From contig OZ242010.1 in assembly GCA_965204745.1 (NCBI GenBank), forward strand, positions 4,448,001 to 4,512,000: a DNA stretch of 64,000 nt, given 5' to 3'. Position 1 is the first letter of the stretch. Every line of letters starts with the position of its first letter. This document shows positions 38,166 to 49,362 of this stretch, piece by piece. The notes under the pieces were generated by a model. The model saw nothing but the letters and a program-made list of their open reading frames with translations, had not been told where the DNA came from and did no database searches. Position numbers and translations under genes: made by a program. The stretch is from Candidatus Latescibacterota bacterium (lineage in GTDB: Bacteria; Latescibacterota; UBA2968).

Positions 38166-38885
38166 ATGTTTGAACGAGCGATTGGCTTGAAGCAGAAATA
38201 CCGCAATGGGGAACGCATCCTCGGCGTGTCCATGGCACCGAACACCCCTGCGGATCGGTTTGACGAGATTATGGATCGCGATGATTACGACTTCGTGTCT
38301 ATCGACAGCCAGCACACGCCCTTGAGCGAAGAGCGCGTCGCCGCGTTTTGCGACATGGCCGCAGAGCGCGATGTGTTCGTGCAGTTTCGGATCAAGCACA
38401 CGCGCAATGCCTATTTGATCGGCAATTATCTCGACTTGGGGCCGTGCGGGATCGAGATTCCGCAGACCGAGACCGAGGATACGGTCGATGACGCCTTGCA
38501 CTATTTTTATTATCCACCGGCGGGTGGGCGCAGTTTTGGCGGAGCGCATCGGCGCAGCGCATCAGACAAGAGCACGGAGGAATACGCGGCTTGGTGGAAC
38601 AGCTTTGGGGTGTTGTGGTTGCAGATCGAATCGGTCGAGGCGGCCACGCGCGGGCACCTGCTCGCAAAACCGGGCGTGGATTGTCTGTCGATAGGTCCGA
38701 CAGACCTGTCCGTGAACATCGAGGCGCATCCGCAACACTGGTTGAAATCCGTGGATGATACCATCGCGTATTTGTGCAAATCCCTGCAAGGCACTGGCGT
38801 GGCCGTATGCCACCGCAACCGCACGCCCGACACACGCGAAAAATACGCCGACCTGGGCGTCACGGTTTTTTTGGAGAATGCCTGA
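38166..38885 (+). CDS. HpcH/HpaI aldolase family
   Basis: IDSQH, YPPAGGRSFG, QIES, IGPTDL. Confidence 0.88.
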   Translation: MFERAIGLKQKYRNGERILGVSMAPNTPADRFDEIMDRDDYDFVSIDSQHTPLSEERVAAFCDMAAERDVFVQFRIKHTRNAYLIGNYLDLGPCGIEIPQTETEDTVDDALHYFYYPPAGGRSFGGAHRRSASDKSTEEYAAWWNSFGVLWLQIESVEAATRGHLLAKPGVDCLSIGPTDLSVNIEAHPQHWLKSVDDTIAYLCKSLQGTGVAVCHRNRTPDTREKYADLGVTVFLENA

Positions 38886-38933
38886 AAGGCAGTTGAATCG
38901 GCGATTCGTAAGCCGATCTGTGGAGGAGCGAAC

Positions 38934-40127
38934 ATGCCTACGAATGAGGTGAATGTAGCGGATTTTTTCAACGCGGAATCCCCGACCTGTGGGTTGGAGG
39001 ATGCGATTGCATCTTTGCCGGAAACAGGAGGCGGGGTTCGCATTCCGGCGGGCACTTATCCGTTGCGTAAGACCTTGTACGTGCCTAGCCGCGTGAGCTT
39101 GATCGGCGATGGGCCGGCGACCGCGTTGACGATTTTGCCCTTGCAAGTCGCCCCTTTGGCCCGTGATATTCACAAAGGGGAGCGGGTCTTGACCTGCACG
39201 AGCAAACCGCCTTTTCGCGTGGGCGAAGGCATCGGCGTGTGCGATGACGATCACAGGGGATGGTGGGGCACGCACGGCGAGGTCGAACGCGTTGAAGGCG
39301 TGCGCGTGTGGATGAACGTGCCGTTTGAGCGGGACTTGTCCGCGAGCCGCAATGCGCGGGCCGTGAATCTGTTCCCCGGGATCTGGGCAGAGGGGGAAAC
39401 GGATATCGCAATCCGCGATTTGACCCTCAAAGGCCCGGAAAACTACGAAGGCGCGTGGTGGGATTTTACGTACTCGGCGATGCACATTGTCGCGTGTGAG
39501 CGCGTGCGGATTCTGAATTGTTCGGTCTTTGGCTGGCCGAGCGATGGGTTTGGGATTCAGCGCGGTTGCGATGTACAAGTGGCGCACTGTCAGGCACACG
39601 GATGTCGCGGGCACGGGTTTCATCCCGGCACCGGCTTGGCGCGCAGCATTTGGTCGCACAACATCGGGAAGGGCAATGGGGGCGACGGGTATTACTTCTG
39701 TGCGCGGGTGCATCATTCGGTGTGTAGCGACAGCGTGTTTTCCGAAAACGGGCAACACGGTATCGGCGGGGTCGCCAATGGCGGGGATCACCACAACATC
39801 GCGTCCAACAATGTGTGTTCGCACAACGGCATGTGTGGGATCGACGCAAACAGAGGGGAAGAACAAGTGATGACCGGCAATCTGTTGCTGGGCAATTCGC
39901 GGGCAGAGCCGGGAAAATACCCCGGCATCCGCGTACACGACTTGACCCACTCGATCATCCAAGGCAACCGGTGTGCAGATGATCGGGAACCACAGACGCA
40001 ACAGAAGGGCATTGAAGAAAGCGGCGCGAGCGATTACAACTTGATCAGCGGCAATCTGTGCGCGGGCATGGCGCAGGCCATCGCCATTGTGGGCAGGCAC
40101 AGCCGCGCAGAGGGAAATTTGGTATGA
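38934..40127 (+). CDS. Right-handed parallel beta-helix protein (pectate-lyase-like)
   Basis: NVADF...GGVRIPAGTY N-terminus and multiple Asn-rich PbH1-like repeats. Confidence 0.85.
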   Translation: MPTNEVNVADFFNAESPTCGLEDAIASLPETGGGVRIPAGTYPLRKTLYVPSRVSLIGDGPATALTILPLQVAPLARDIHKGERVLTCTSKPPFRVGEGIGVCDDDHRGWWGTHGEVERVEGVRVWMNVPFERDLSASRNARAVNLFPGIWAEGETDIAIRDLTLKGPENYEGAWWDFTYSAMHIVACERVRILNCSVFGWPSDGFGIQRGCDVQVAHCQAHGCRGHGFHPGTGLARSIWSHNIGKGNGGDGYYFCARVHHSVCSDSVFSENGQHGIGGVANGGDHHNIASNNVCSHNGMCGIDANRGEEQVMTGNLLLGNSRAEPGKYPGIRVHDLTHSIIQGNRCADDREPQTQQKGIEESGASDYNLISGNLCAGMAQAIAIVGRHSRAEGNLV

Positions 40128-41077
40128 TGGATGCCCGTCATATTTCAGATAGAGACATCGCTTCGGTCATGACCGCGCGGGATTTTGTGAACAGTTGCGA
40201 CGAGGCGTTTCGATTCTACGGATCGGGGCAAATGACAAATCCCCCGCGCAAAGAAGAGGTCATGCGCGAGGGAAATTTGGACGTGTTTCGCTTGGTGATG
40301 CCGGGCCGGTGGAAAGGGAAATTTCAGGGGCAAAAGGTCCTCGAAGAGCGTTCCGATGTCAAAACCGGGCGGTTGGGCGAGAGAACAGCGGTGATCGAAT
40401 TGGAAGACGTACGCGGGCAGACGCATGTGGTTGTGGATGCCGAACACATCACCGACATGCGAACGGGCGCGGCAGGCGCGTTGGGCGCGAAATACCTGGC
40501 AAAAACTCCGGTACGCACCGCGGCGATTCTGGGCACGGGCCGCATTGCACGGGCATTGGCGCGGTGTATCGACATAGCACTCGGGCCAAAACTCATGCGG
40601 GTGACGAGCAGAACGCCGGAAAAACGTGCGGCTTATGCAGCAGCGGTCGCGCCGGCTATTCAGTGCGACTTGGACGTGGTTGAAGACATCGAAACCTGTA
40701 TTGATGGCGCAGACGCCATTTTTACCTGCGTGCCAACGCCCGAGCCGATCTTGCGCGATGCCGCAGATCACGTACACATTTCCGTGCTAGGCGGCGATGG
40801 GCGCACCACGCAGTTGCAACCGGGATTGTTAAAGCGGCGAATCGTGGTGGCAGATCACGCAGAGCAAGTGCTTTTGTCCGGCGAATTTCTCGCGTTGCGC
40901 GATCTGGATGAGACGCCCCGATGGGCGAAAAATTCAGCGGGTCAGATCTCGACTATCGGGCATGCGGCATTGGGGCAGTTGGAACATTTGCGCGGGCAGG
41001 GGAGTATCGCGTACTTCAGCGGGCTGGCAATCCAAGATATTCACGCAGCAGCAACCGCGTGGCGAAAACTGCGGTGA
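40124..41077 (+). CDS. Ornithine cyclodeaminase/mu-crystallin family
   Basis: ITDMRTGAAGALGAKYLA, ILGTGRIA, SGLAIQD. Confidence 0.88.
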   Translation: MMDARHISDRDIASVMTARDFVNSCDEAFRFYGSGQMTNPPRKEEVMREGNLDVFRLVMPGRWKGKFQGQKVLEERSDVKTGRLGERTAVIELEDVRGQTHVVVDAEHITDMRTGAAGALGAKYLAKTPVRTAAILGTGRIARALARCIDIALGPKLMRVTSRTPEKRAAYAAAVAPAIQCDLDVVEDIETCIDGADAIFTCVPTPEPILRDAADHVHISVLGGDGRTTQLQPGLLKRRIVVADHAEQVLLSGEFLALRDLDETPRWAKNSAGQISTIGHAALGQLEHLRGQGSIAYFSGLAIQDIHAAATAWRKLR

Positions 41078-41217
41078 TCTGTTGAATGTCCAGTTGCAAA
41101 ACCAAAAGGCAGGCCCTCGCGCCCGCCTTTTTTATTGCCAAAAAGCGCGGCGCGGATTATTATTTTCAGGACGATTTGTATAAGACATACCGGAATTTTG
41201 TGGCAGGAGCGTCATCC

Positions 41218-41730
41218 ATGGCCTGGCTTTATCAGCGGGGAAAAAAGTGGTGGATCGGGTATTACGATCAAGATGGCAAGCGCGTTCGCAAATCCATCAG
41301 CGATTCCAAAGAGGCCGCGGAATTGGCTATGAAGCGGATCGAATCGGAATTGGAGCGCGACAATGCCAGAGCACTTGCGATTCCCCAAAGCACGCTCGAC
41401 GCCATTGGCAAACAACTGGGCAATGGCAGTCCGGAGCCGCTTTTGACCTACCCGGCTGTGCGAAATGTCACCAATGTCCGGGAGTTGTTCATTCGGATTT
41501 ACGAAAAGCTGGGGTTTGAGGTGCTCAAGTCTCAAGAGGCATTTCCCCACTACGTCCTCTCGCGCGACGAACTGCCCATCCGAGCGCACGCCGTGTTGCG
41601 AAGCAGTGATTTCCAGCGCGAAAAATTGGATTGCACGACCTGCGACAGCATCATCTGCTGGGTTGACGATTGGGAAGCCTCGCCCATCCCGGTTTTGGAA
41701 TTGTCTGCCCACTACGATCTCTGCGGGTAA
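41218..41730 (+). CDS. Hypothetical: integrase arm-binding-like N-domain plus a degenerate nuclease-like domain
   Basis: MAWLYQRGKKWWIGYYDQDGKRVRKS; C-terminal LGFEVL..FPH...CDSIICWVDDW..PIPVLELS; AGGAG RBS. Confidence 0.65.
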   Translation: MAWLYQRGKKWWIGYYDQDGKRVRKSISDSKEAAELAMKRIESELERDNARALAIPQSTLDAIGKQLGNGSPEPLLTYPAVRNVTNVRELFIRIYEKLGFEVLKSQEAFPHYVLSRDELPIRAHAVLRSSDFQREKLDCTTCDSIICWVDDWEASPIPVLELSAHYDLCG

Positions 41731-42497
41731 TCCGCACGTTTTGCCGCCTCCCACAGCGCGTCCATTTCCTCGAGGGTGGCTTCCTCCGGCGTTTTGCCCC
41801 GTTTGCCCAATTCGGTTTCGATGTATCGAAAGCGCGTTTGAAATTTTCTGTTCGTCTGCGCGAGGGCATCTTCCGGGCAGATTTGGAGAAATCGCGCGAG
41901 ATTCACCAACGCGAACAGCAAGTCCCCAAATTCCTCCCGAACCCGATCCTCCGCGCCTGCTGCTCGCGCGTGCATCAACTCCTCTGTTTCCTCCCGCACT
42001 TTTTGAATCACCTCCGCAATGTGATCCCACTCAAATCCCACCCGTGCGGCTTTTCTCTGAAGATGGTACGCCCGCAACAGAGCGGGCAGATGGCGCGGCA
42101 GCCCGTCGAGCAGAGACGGTCGTTTGTCCGGGTTTTCCTCGGCTTTGATGCGTTCCCAGTTTTGGAGGACTTGGTCCGGCGTATCCGCTTCTGCGTCCCC
42201 AAACACATGGGGGTGTCGGCGAACGAGTTTGTCGGCTATGGCGCAGGCCACGTCGTCTATGGTAAAGCGGTTTTCTTCCCGGGCAATTTGCGCGTGAAAG
42301 ACGATTTGCAACAACAAATCGCCCAATTCCTCTACGATTTCGGCGTCGTCATTGCGGTCGATGGCGTCGAGAACCTCATAGACTTCTTCGATCAAATAGG
42401 GCTTCAGGCTCTGCGGGGTTTGCGCTTTGTCCCACGGGCAACCCGAAGGCGATCTCAAACGCGCCATGAGATCGACGAGGCGGTCAAAATTGGACAT
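41712..42497 (-). CDS. mazG: Nucleoside triphosphate pyrophosphohydrolase MazG
   Basis: LRSPSGCPWD, EELGDLLLQIVFH, KLVRRHPHVF, EEFGDLLF. Confidence 0.97.
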   Translation of the reverse strand: MSNFDRLVDLMARLRSPSGCPWDKAQTPQSLKPYLIEEVYEVLDAIDRNDDAEIVEELGDLLLQIVFHAQIAREENRFTIDDVACAIADKLVRRHPHVFGDAEADTPDQVLQNWERIKAEENPDKRPSLLDGLPRHLPALLRAYHLQRKAARVGFEWDHIAEVIQKVREETEELMHARAAGAEDRVREEFGDLLFALVNLARFLQICPEDALAQTNRKFQTRFRYIETELGKRGKTPEEATLEEMDALWEAAKRADYPQRS

Positions 42498-42644
42498 GGT
42501 TTTCCTTTCGCAAGAGATGAGGTCATTAAACTAACCGGGAAAACTGCCCGCGTCAACGCTATCGAGCGGGAATTACCTTTTGACAAACAGCATCGGGCGC
42601 GTTATTTTTTTGCCTCAAATCTTTCACTTTGGAGGAGTTTGAAA

Positions 42645-43079
42645 ATGAGTGATTCACTGCGCGATATTATGCGGAAAGTGGGCCGCGATGACGTGCGCGA
42701 GCACGAGCGGGAAAAGTGGACGGAGCGGACAGAAGACCTGTTCAGCACCCAAGAGCGGAACGAACCCAAAGACGAGGTCGAAAAGCGGCACGACAAGTAC
42801 CGCAGACAACAGGAATACGCCAGTCGCTTGGGCCCTGCGGCAGAGCGATTGCCCATTTTGAGCAAGGAAGAAACCGAGCGCAGGGCGCGCGAACGGCCCA
42901 AACGCCGAACCTATCAGTTTGAAGGCCCAATCGAAAAATTGCTGGAAAAATACGGCGATCCCAAAGAGGCGTTCAAGCACATGTCCCTGGGGCAGTTGAT
43001 GAAATACGAGTTGGACGAAAAAACAGGGGCGATTTACGAAAAGGGCGAGTTGATTTACGACGGCGAAAAATGGGTTTGA
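42645..43079 (+). CDS. Hypothetical charged protein
   Basis: GGAGG RBS; divergent from mazG. Confidence 0.7.
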   Translation: MSDSLRDIMRKVGRDDVREHEREKWTERTEDLFSTQERNEPKDEVEKRHDKYRRQQEYASRLGPAAERLPILSKEETERRARERPKRRTYQFEGPIEKLLEKYGDPKEAFKHMSLGQLMKYELDEKTGAIYEKGELIYDGEKWV

Positions 43080-43247
43080 GTATCTCCGCGCCACCCTGCC
43101 GCCCAAGTGCGTGCCCGTCCGCGCCGCCCAACCGTGTCTGAATCGCGGATTAAACGGATTACGCGGATTGCGCGGATTACCCCACACCACCCTACCGCCG
43201 CTTCATCGTTCCCATCCGCTATGTCCTTTGCACGCCCTGTCGCCATA

Positions 43248-43649
43248 GACCTATCCCCCCGGCCCCCGTTATTCGCTTCGCTCATTGTAGGCTACGCCTG
43301 TGCCTACGAGGAAAGGGGGAGCGCGTGGCTTTCTTAAAGGGTTGCATCCAGGGCTGTTTTGATGGCTTTGGGCGAATGGATCACGCCATGAAAATCCAAA
43401 AACCCTTACACACAATCCCTCGCACAACCTCTCGCCATTCCCCCTTCCTCGCGGGACCTATCCCCCCGGCCCCCTTTCCTACGAGGAAAGGGGGAGCGCA
43501 TGGCTTTTTGAAGGTTTGTATCCAGGGCTGTTTTGATGGCTTTGGGCGAATGGATCACGCCATGAAACCCAAATCCCCCTCGCACAATCCCTCGGAAAAC
43601 CACTCACAGTTCCCCCTTCCTCGCAGGAAGGGGGTTAGGGGGTAGGTCC
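43248..43649. mobile_element. Two tandem MITE/REP-like copies
   Basis: Reverse-orientation match to 12364-12740. Confidence 0.7.
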
Positions 43650-43926
43650 AGGGTTTAGGTCACAATTTCCTTGTCAAGAATGACGTAGTACCTTAATTTG
43701 TCTCCACCATCGTTATTTGGCACCCGCAGGCAAAAGCCATGCCTGCACAACTCGTTATATTTTTTAGGAGGTTTTGTATGTTGACTGCCATTTTTCGACG
43801 TTGTTCAAACCTGTTTGGAGGCCACCGTTCCCCTGCGAAAACAGGCGTTCATGTCGCCCATCCCCGTCTTGGAGTGCCGTTCTATTTCATTGCAAAACAA
43901 TCCGTTAAGATGATCAGTACAGTGTA

Positions 43927-43943
43927 CCCCCCCCCCCCCCCCC
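43927..43943 (+). repeat. C17 homopolymer in the 5' region of the surface-protein gene
   Basis: Direct count. Confidence 0.9.
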
Positions 43944-43957
43944 GAGAGGAGTCTGAT

Positions 43958-46900
43958 ATGATGTCCCGCTACGCTCATTTGTTGGCCCTGGTCGCGCTGG
44001 TTTTGCTGGTGGCATCGGGGCCGGCTTTTGCCCAAACCGACTACGATACGGACAACGACAACCTGATTGACATCACCTCCTTGGCGCAACTGAATGCCAT
44101 TCGCTATGACCTCAACGGCGATGGGGCCGTAGCCAATACGGATACCATGAACTACAACGCCGCCTTTCCCAACGCCATGTCGAGCATGGGTTGCGCCGCT
44201 ACCTGCACCGGCTACGAACTGATGAGCAACTTAGACTTCGACACGAACGGTGACGATACCATCACTGTCGCCGACGACTACCCCAACTGGGATCCCAATC
44301 GTCAACCCCGGCAACGACAACAGCGGCTACACCGCCATCTTTGAAGGCAACGGTCACACCATCTCCCACCTGACCATTACCGACCGGAACAGCCGGGACG
44401 TAGGGCTGTTCGATGAGCTGGAGCCCACCGGCATTATCCGCAATGTAGGGATCATCGACGCCAATATCCGAAGCGGCGGCGCGTCCGACGGATACGCCCC
44501 CCTGGTAGGCTACAACGCACGCGGCACCATAATCGCCAGCTACGCCCGGGGCGGCTCGGTCACCGCCACCATGCAAAACTCCAGCATCGGCGGACTGACC
44601 GGCCGCAATTCAGGCGTCATCCTGGCCAGCTACTCCACCGTCACGGTCATCGGCGGCGGCCATACCAGGGTCAACGCCGGCGGGCTGACCGGCACCCTGG
44701 AATCCTTCCCCAACACCGGCCGGATCACCGCCAGCTATGCCACCGGCGCGGTGTCCGCCACCGGCTATAACGCCGTCCGCGGCGGTTTGGTGGGAAGTTC
44801 CTCCAGCAACGCCAGCGTAATTGCCAGCAGCTATTGCACCTCCGGGGGCTGTATCGGCTCCAACGTCGGCGGCAGCCTTGACGCCACCACCCAAACCGCC
44901 ACCGCTTTGCAAACCCCCACCGCCTACACCGGCATCTACGCCAACTATAACATCGACCTGAACGGTGATCGCGTCCCCGACAATCCGTGGAACTTCGGCA
45001 CATCCAGCCAGTACCCGACCCTGAAAACCCCCACCCAGCGCGCCGTTGTCATTGACTACGACAACGACAACGACGGTCTGATTGACGTGACTTCCCTGTC
45101 GCAGTTGAACGCCATCCGCTACGACTTGAACGGCGATGGCCTGCCCATCGGCACCAACGCCGACACCATCGCCTATGCCGGTGCCTTTCCCGGCGGCGAC
45201 ATAACCGCCAGTAGTGGCCGGATGGGTTGTCCGTCCACCGGTTGCACCGGCTACGAACTCCTCGCAAGCCTTGATTTCGACAGCGACGGCGACGGCGATG
45301 TGGACGCCAATGACCACGGCGGCGCTTACTGGAACAGCGGCGCTGGCTGGCAACCCATTGGCCCTAGATCCCTCACCCCATACGCAGGCAATTTCAAAGG
45401 CAACGGATACACCATCAACAACCTGTTCATCGACCGCAACGCCAACGATAACCAAAGTCTGTTTGGCGTTGTTGCCTCCAATCGCATAGAAACCCTGGGC
45501 GTAACCAACGCCAATGTTAGCGGAAATGCCTATACCGGCATTCTGGCAGGTATCAATAACACGACAATTGTCGCTTGCTACACCACCGGCAAGGCACAAG
45601 GTAGCGGTAATAACACTGGCGGATTAGTTGGCTATTCCACCGGGACTATCTCCGCTAGCTACTCCACTACATACGTCAGCGGAAACAACAACGTCGGCGG
45701 CCTGGTGGGTTACATGCAGAGCGGTACGATAACAAGCTCCTACTCAACCGGCAGAGTCACCCGGGCTAGCGGATCGGCAACAACCATTGGCGGGTTAATA
45801 GGAAATCTGAACACCGGCACCGTGTCCATCAACTACTGGGACACCTCAACCAGCGGACAGGCCACAAGCGCAGGCGGTAGCGGCGTTGTTGGCAAGACCA
45901 CCAGCGAGCTCCAGAGCCAGACCACCTACGGTGCCACCACCAACGACCCCTACTACAACTGGAACGCCAACCTCGACGGACAAGCCGGCAACGACGATCC
46001 GTGGACCTTTGGCAAGACGGATCAGTATCCGGTCTTGAAGTATGCCGGCATGGATACCACCGTGCAGTATAACTCGCAACCGCCGGGCAAGCCGGATGTG
46101 GCAGTGACGTCCAATGGGGACACTTTGTACGTGCGCTGGACAGCGTCGAGTTATGCGACGGGGTACAAAGTGCAGTGGAAATCCGGCATGCAAAGCTACG
46201 ACGCCTCACGTCAGGCCACCACCACGGCTACGTTCCTCAAGATTCCCTTGACCACGGGGACGACCTACACAGTGCGTGTCCTTGCCACCAAGACCGGTGC
46301 GAGCGATGCACCCTCGGACGAGGTCATGCGCGCTCCAGGCCTCACCAATTACGATACCGATGGCGATGGCCTCATCGCTATCACCACGCTAGCTCAGCTC
46401 AACGCCATTCGCCACGACCTAAACGGCAATGGCGACGCTACCCACGCCGATTATGACGCTGCCTTTCCCGGCCGCGACACCAGCAGCAGTGCCCGCATGG
46501 GCTGCCTCTCGGGATGCACCGGCTACGAACTGCTCAACGACCTGGACTTTGACGAGAACAACGACGGCGCAATCACCTCAGCAGACGCCACCTACTGGAA
46601 CAGCGGCACGGGCTGGGAGCCCATCGGAACCGACGCCGACACAGACGCTCCATACACAAGCCAATACCACGCAGGTTTCAAAGGCAACGGCTACACCATC
46701 AACAACCTATACATCAGCCGCCCCAGCACTAACGACGTCGGGCTGTTCGGCGCAATTTCCTCCCCCGGCCGCATCGAGACCTTGGGCGTAATCAACGCCG
46801 ACGTTACGGCGCAGTATTGGGTCGGCATTCTGGCAGGCACCATTCGCGGCGACGGCGATATTGTCGCCAGTTACACCACCGGCGAGGTTGCCGGCAACCA

Positions 46901-48761
46901 AAATGTTGGTGGATTAGTCGGCTACATGTTAGAAACAGGACCAGGAATCCACTCCAGCTACTCTACCGCATCCGTCAGCGGCAATCTGAACGTCGGCGGT
47001 CTATTGGGCCGCCAGGACAGCGGCGGCTCTATAACAAACTCATACTCCACCGGCAGGATTAGCGGCACCGGAAGCTCTCCCGTCCAAATCGGCGGACTAT
47101 TAGGCCTCGGTAACCTGGGAAGCGTCGTGTCCAACAGCTACTGGGACACCTCCACCAGCGGGACTACCTCTAGCGAAGGCGGCACGGGCAAGACGACCCG
47201 CGAGCTCCTAAGCCCCACCACCTACGGTGCCACCAGTAGCGATCCCTACTATAACTGGAACGCCAACCTCGACGGACAAGCCGGCAACGACGATCCGTGG
47301 ACCTTTGGCGCGATGGATCAGTATCCGGTCTTGAAGTATGCCGGCATGGACACCACCGTGCAATTTCAGCTTCAACCCGCGATAGTGACGTTGGCACTGA
47401 CGCCCTCGTCGATCTCGGAAAGCGGCGGGATGAGTACCGTGACCGCGACGCTGACACGGTCGTGGAGCTCGGCGACGACGATCACGGTGCGTCCTGTGGC
47501 GGGTGCTTACACGGTGGCGGCGGATTCGACGATCACCATCGCGGCCGGGAGCACGGCGAACGCGTCGGACACGGTGGTCATCACAGCGGTGGACAATACC
47601 CAAGACGCGCCTAATCGCGACGTGACCGTGTCCGTTGTATCAGCCAACGCCCAGGGCAGTGTGGTCCTCCCGACTGCAATAACGATCACCGATGATGACG
47701 CGCCGCCGAGGCTCTCGATCAGTTCGCCGAGTGCGGTTGAGGGCACTGCCCTGACGTTCACCGTTAGATTGCATGCGGCGAGCGGCAAGGCGGTGACGGT
47801 GGCGTATGCAGACGCGGGCACGGGCACCGCGACTTCGGGGACGGACTACACCGCGCTTACCGCAGGGACCCTGACCTTCGCGGCGGGCACGACCACGACC
47901 AGCCAGACCATCGCTGTTTCTGTGAGCGACGACGGGGATGATGAGCCGAACGAGACCGTGATCGTGACGCTGAGCAGTGCGACCAATGCGACCATAAGCA
48001 CGGCGCAAGGCACCGGTACGATTATCGATGACGATGGCATGCCTGCGCTGAGTATCAGTTCGCCAAGCGTGATTGAAGGCGCGACCAGCGCGACCCTGAC
48101 CTTTCAGGTGTACCTACGCCCAGCGCACGACATGTTACAAGTGACGGTGGCGTATGCAGACGCGGGCACGGGCACCGCGACTTCGGGGACAGACTACACC
48201 GCGCTTACCGCAGGGACCCTGACCTTCGCGGCGAGCGATACCATCCAGACCATCCCTGTTTCTGTGACCGACGACTCGGATGATGAGCAGAACGAGACCG
48301 TGATCGTGACGCTGAGCAATGCGACCAATGCGACCATAAGCACGGCGCAAGGCACAGGAACGATTATCGATGACGAAACCCCGAGTGCCAACTTGGATGT
48401 GGATGGCGATGGCCGGGTGAGATTGTTCTCGGATATAATCCTGGTCATCCGATATGTCCTCTTCTTCCGGGAAGAGGCCCTCCTCAGAGGGAACGTCATC
48501 GAGCCAACTGCCACGCGCACGACCGCTCAAGAAATTGAACCCTACCTCGACACGTTGGTCAATCAGAACATTCTCGATGTGGATGGCGATGGCGATGTGA
48601 GGCTGTTCTCGGATATAATCCTGATCATTCGATATGTCCTCTTCTTCCGGAACGAGGCCCTCCTCAGAGGGAACGTCATCGAGCAACAGGCTACGCGCAC
48701 GACCGCTCAAGAAATTGAACCCTTCATCCGAAGCCTCTATCCCGCCTCCCACTTCCAATGA
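43958..48761 (+). CDS. Giant secreted surface protein (GLUG-type beta-helix modules, Fn3, Calx-beta, tandem dockerin-like tail); +1 frameshift at ~44295
   Basis: The signal peptide and first DYDTDNDNLID module are in the 43739 frame; the rest is in the 44250 frame. Sibling modules read GWxPI, so one extra base is implied. Confidence 0.85.
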
Positions 48762-48952
48762 AAGCCTGTTCCCTGACCGCCACAGATGGCGATGGCAATG
48801 TGAATTTCGCCGACTTCTTGACCTTTGCCAGCAAGTTCGGATCGCGCCTCGGTCAGGAGCGATATGACCCCCGGTGCGATCTCAACGGCGCTGACGAAAT
48901 TGGATTCGACGATTTCCTCATCTTCGCCGCCGACTTTGGCTCGACAGGCTGA
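48758..48952 (+). pseudogene. Stand-alone EF-hand/dockerin-like tail, probably a relic
   Basis: Paralog of 1262-1462 and of the C-terminus of 58763-60370. Confidence 0.55.
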
Positions 48953-49142
48953 ACGACGAAAAACAAAAAAGTAAAGCCCGGGTTCACAGCGAACTCGGGC
49001 TTTACTTCTTGGAATTGGAACCTACCCACTAGCCCCGTTACTCGCTACGCTTCGTTGTAGGCTACGCCTGTGCCTACGAGGAAGATACAAGGGGGAATAA
49101 CATCTCTCCGTTGCGGGGAAGATCCGGAGGAGGGGCATCCAT

Positions 49143-49256
49143 CGTTCGTTTTAAGACAAGTTCAAGGGCGATTCTAGAATGGATGACTCGTTACATGTCT
49201 TTGGATGATGGGTCGCGGCTTGCTTCTTACTCGCTTTCTACTCTTAATTCGCATTG
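49143..49256 (+). repeat. ~115-bp repeat, inverted relative to 52707-52822
   Basis: Shared core CTACTCTTAATTCGCATTG and ATGGATGACTCG..CATGTCTTTGG. Confidence 0.85.
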
Positions 49257-49284
49257 ACAACTGATCACCTTTCCAACTTTCCAC

Positions 49285-49341
49285 TTGACACGAGACCAGC
49301 ATTCGGTTTATGTTGCTATCAGTTGTTTTATGAACAAAACA
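49285..49341 (+). promoter_or_regulatory. Sigma70-like promoter plus palindromic operator
   Basis: TTGACA-N18-TATGTT; TGTTTT-ATGAAC-AAAACA palindrome at 49324-49341. Confidence 0.6.
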
Positions 49342-49362
49342 TCGGTTTGAAGGGATGGCGTT

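Noticed and set aside
38562-40100. 512-aa minus-strand ORF
   Set aside because: Antisense to the aldolase and beta-helix genes.
41218-41730. Prophage or functional integrase
   Set aside because: No tyrosine-recombinase catalytic domain and no phage genes nearby.
41670-42644. N-terminal 325 codons of the 469-aa ORF
   Set aside because: Antisense to mazG; the real start with an RBS is at 42645.
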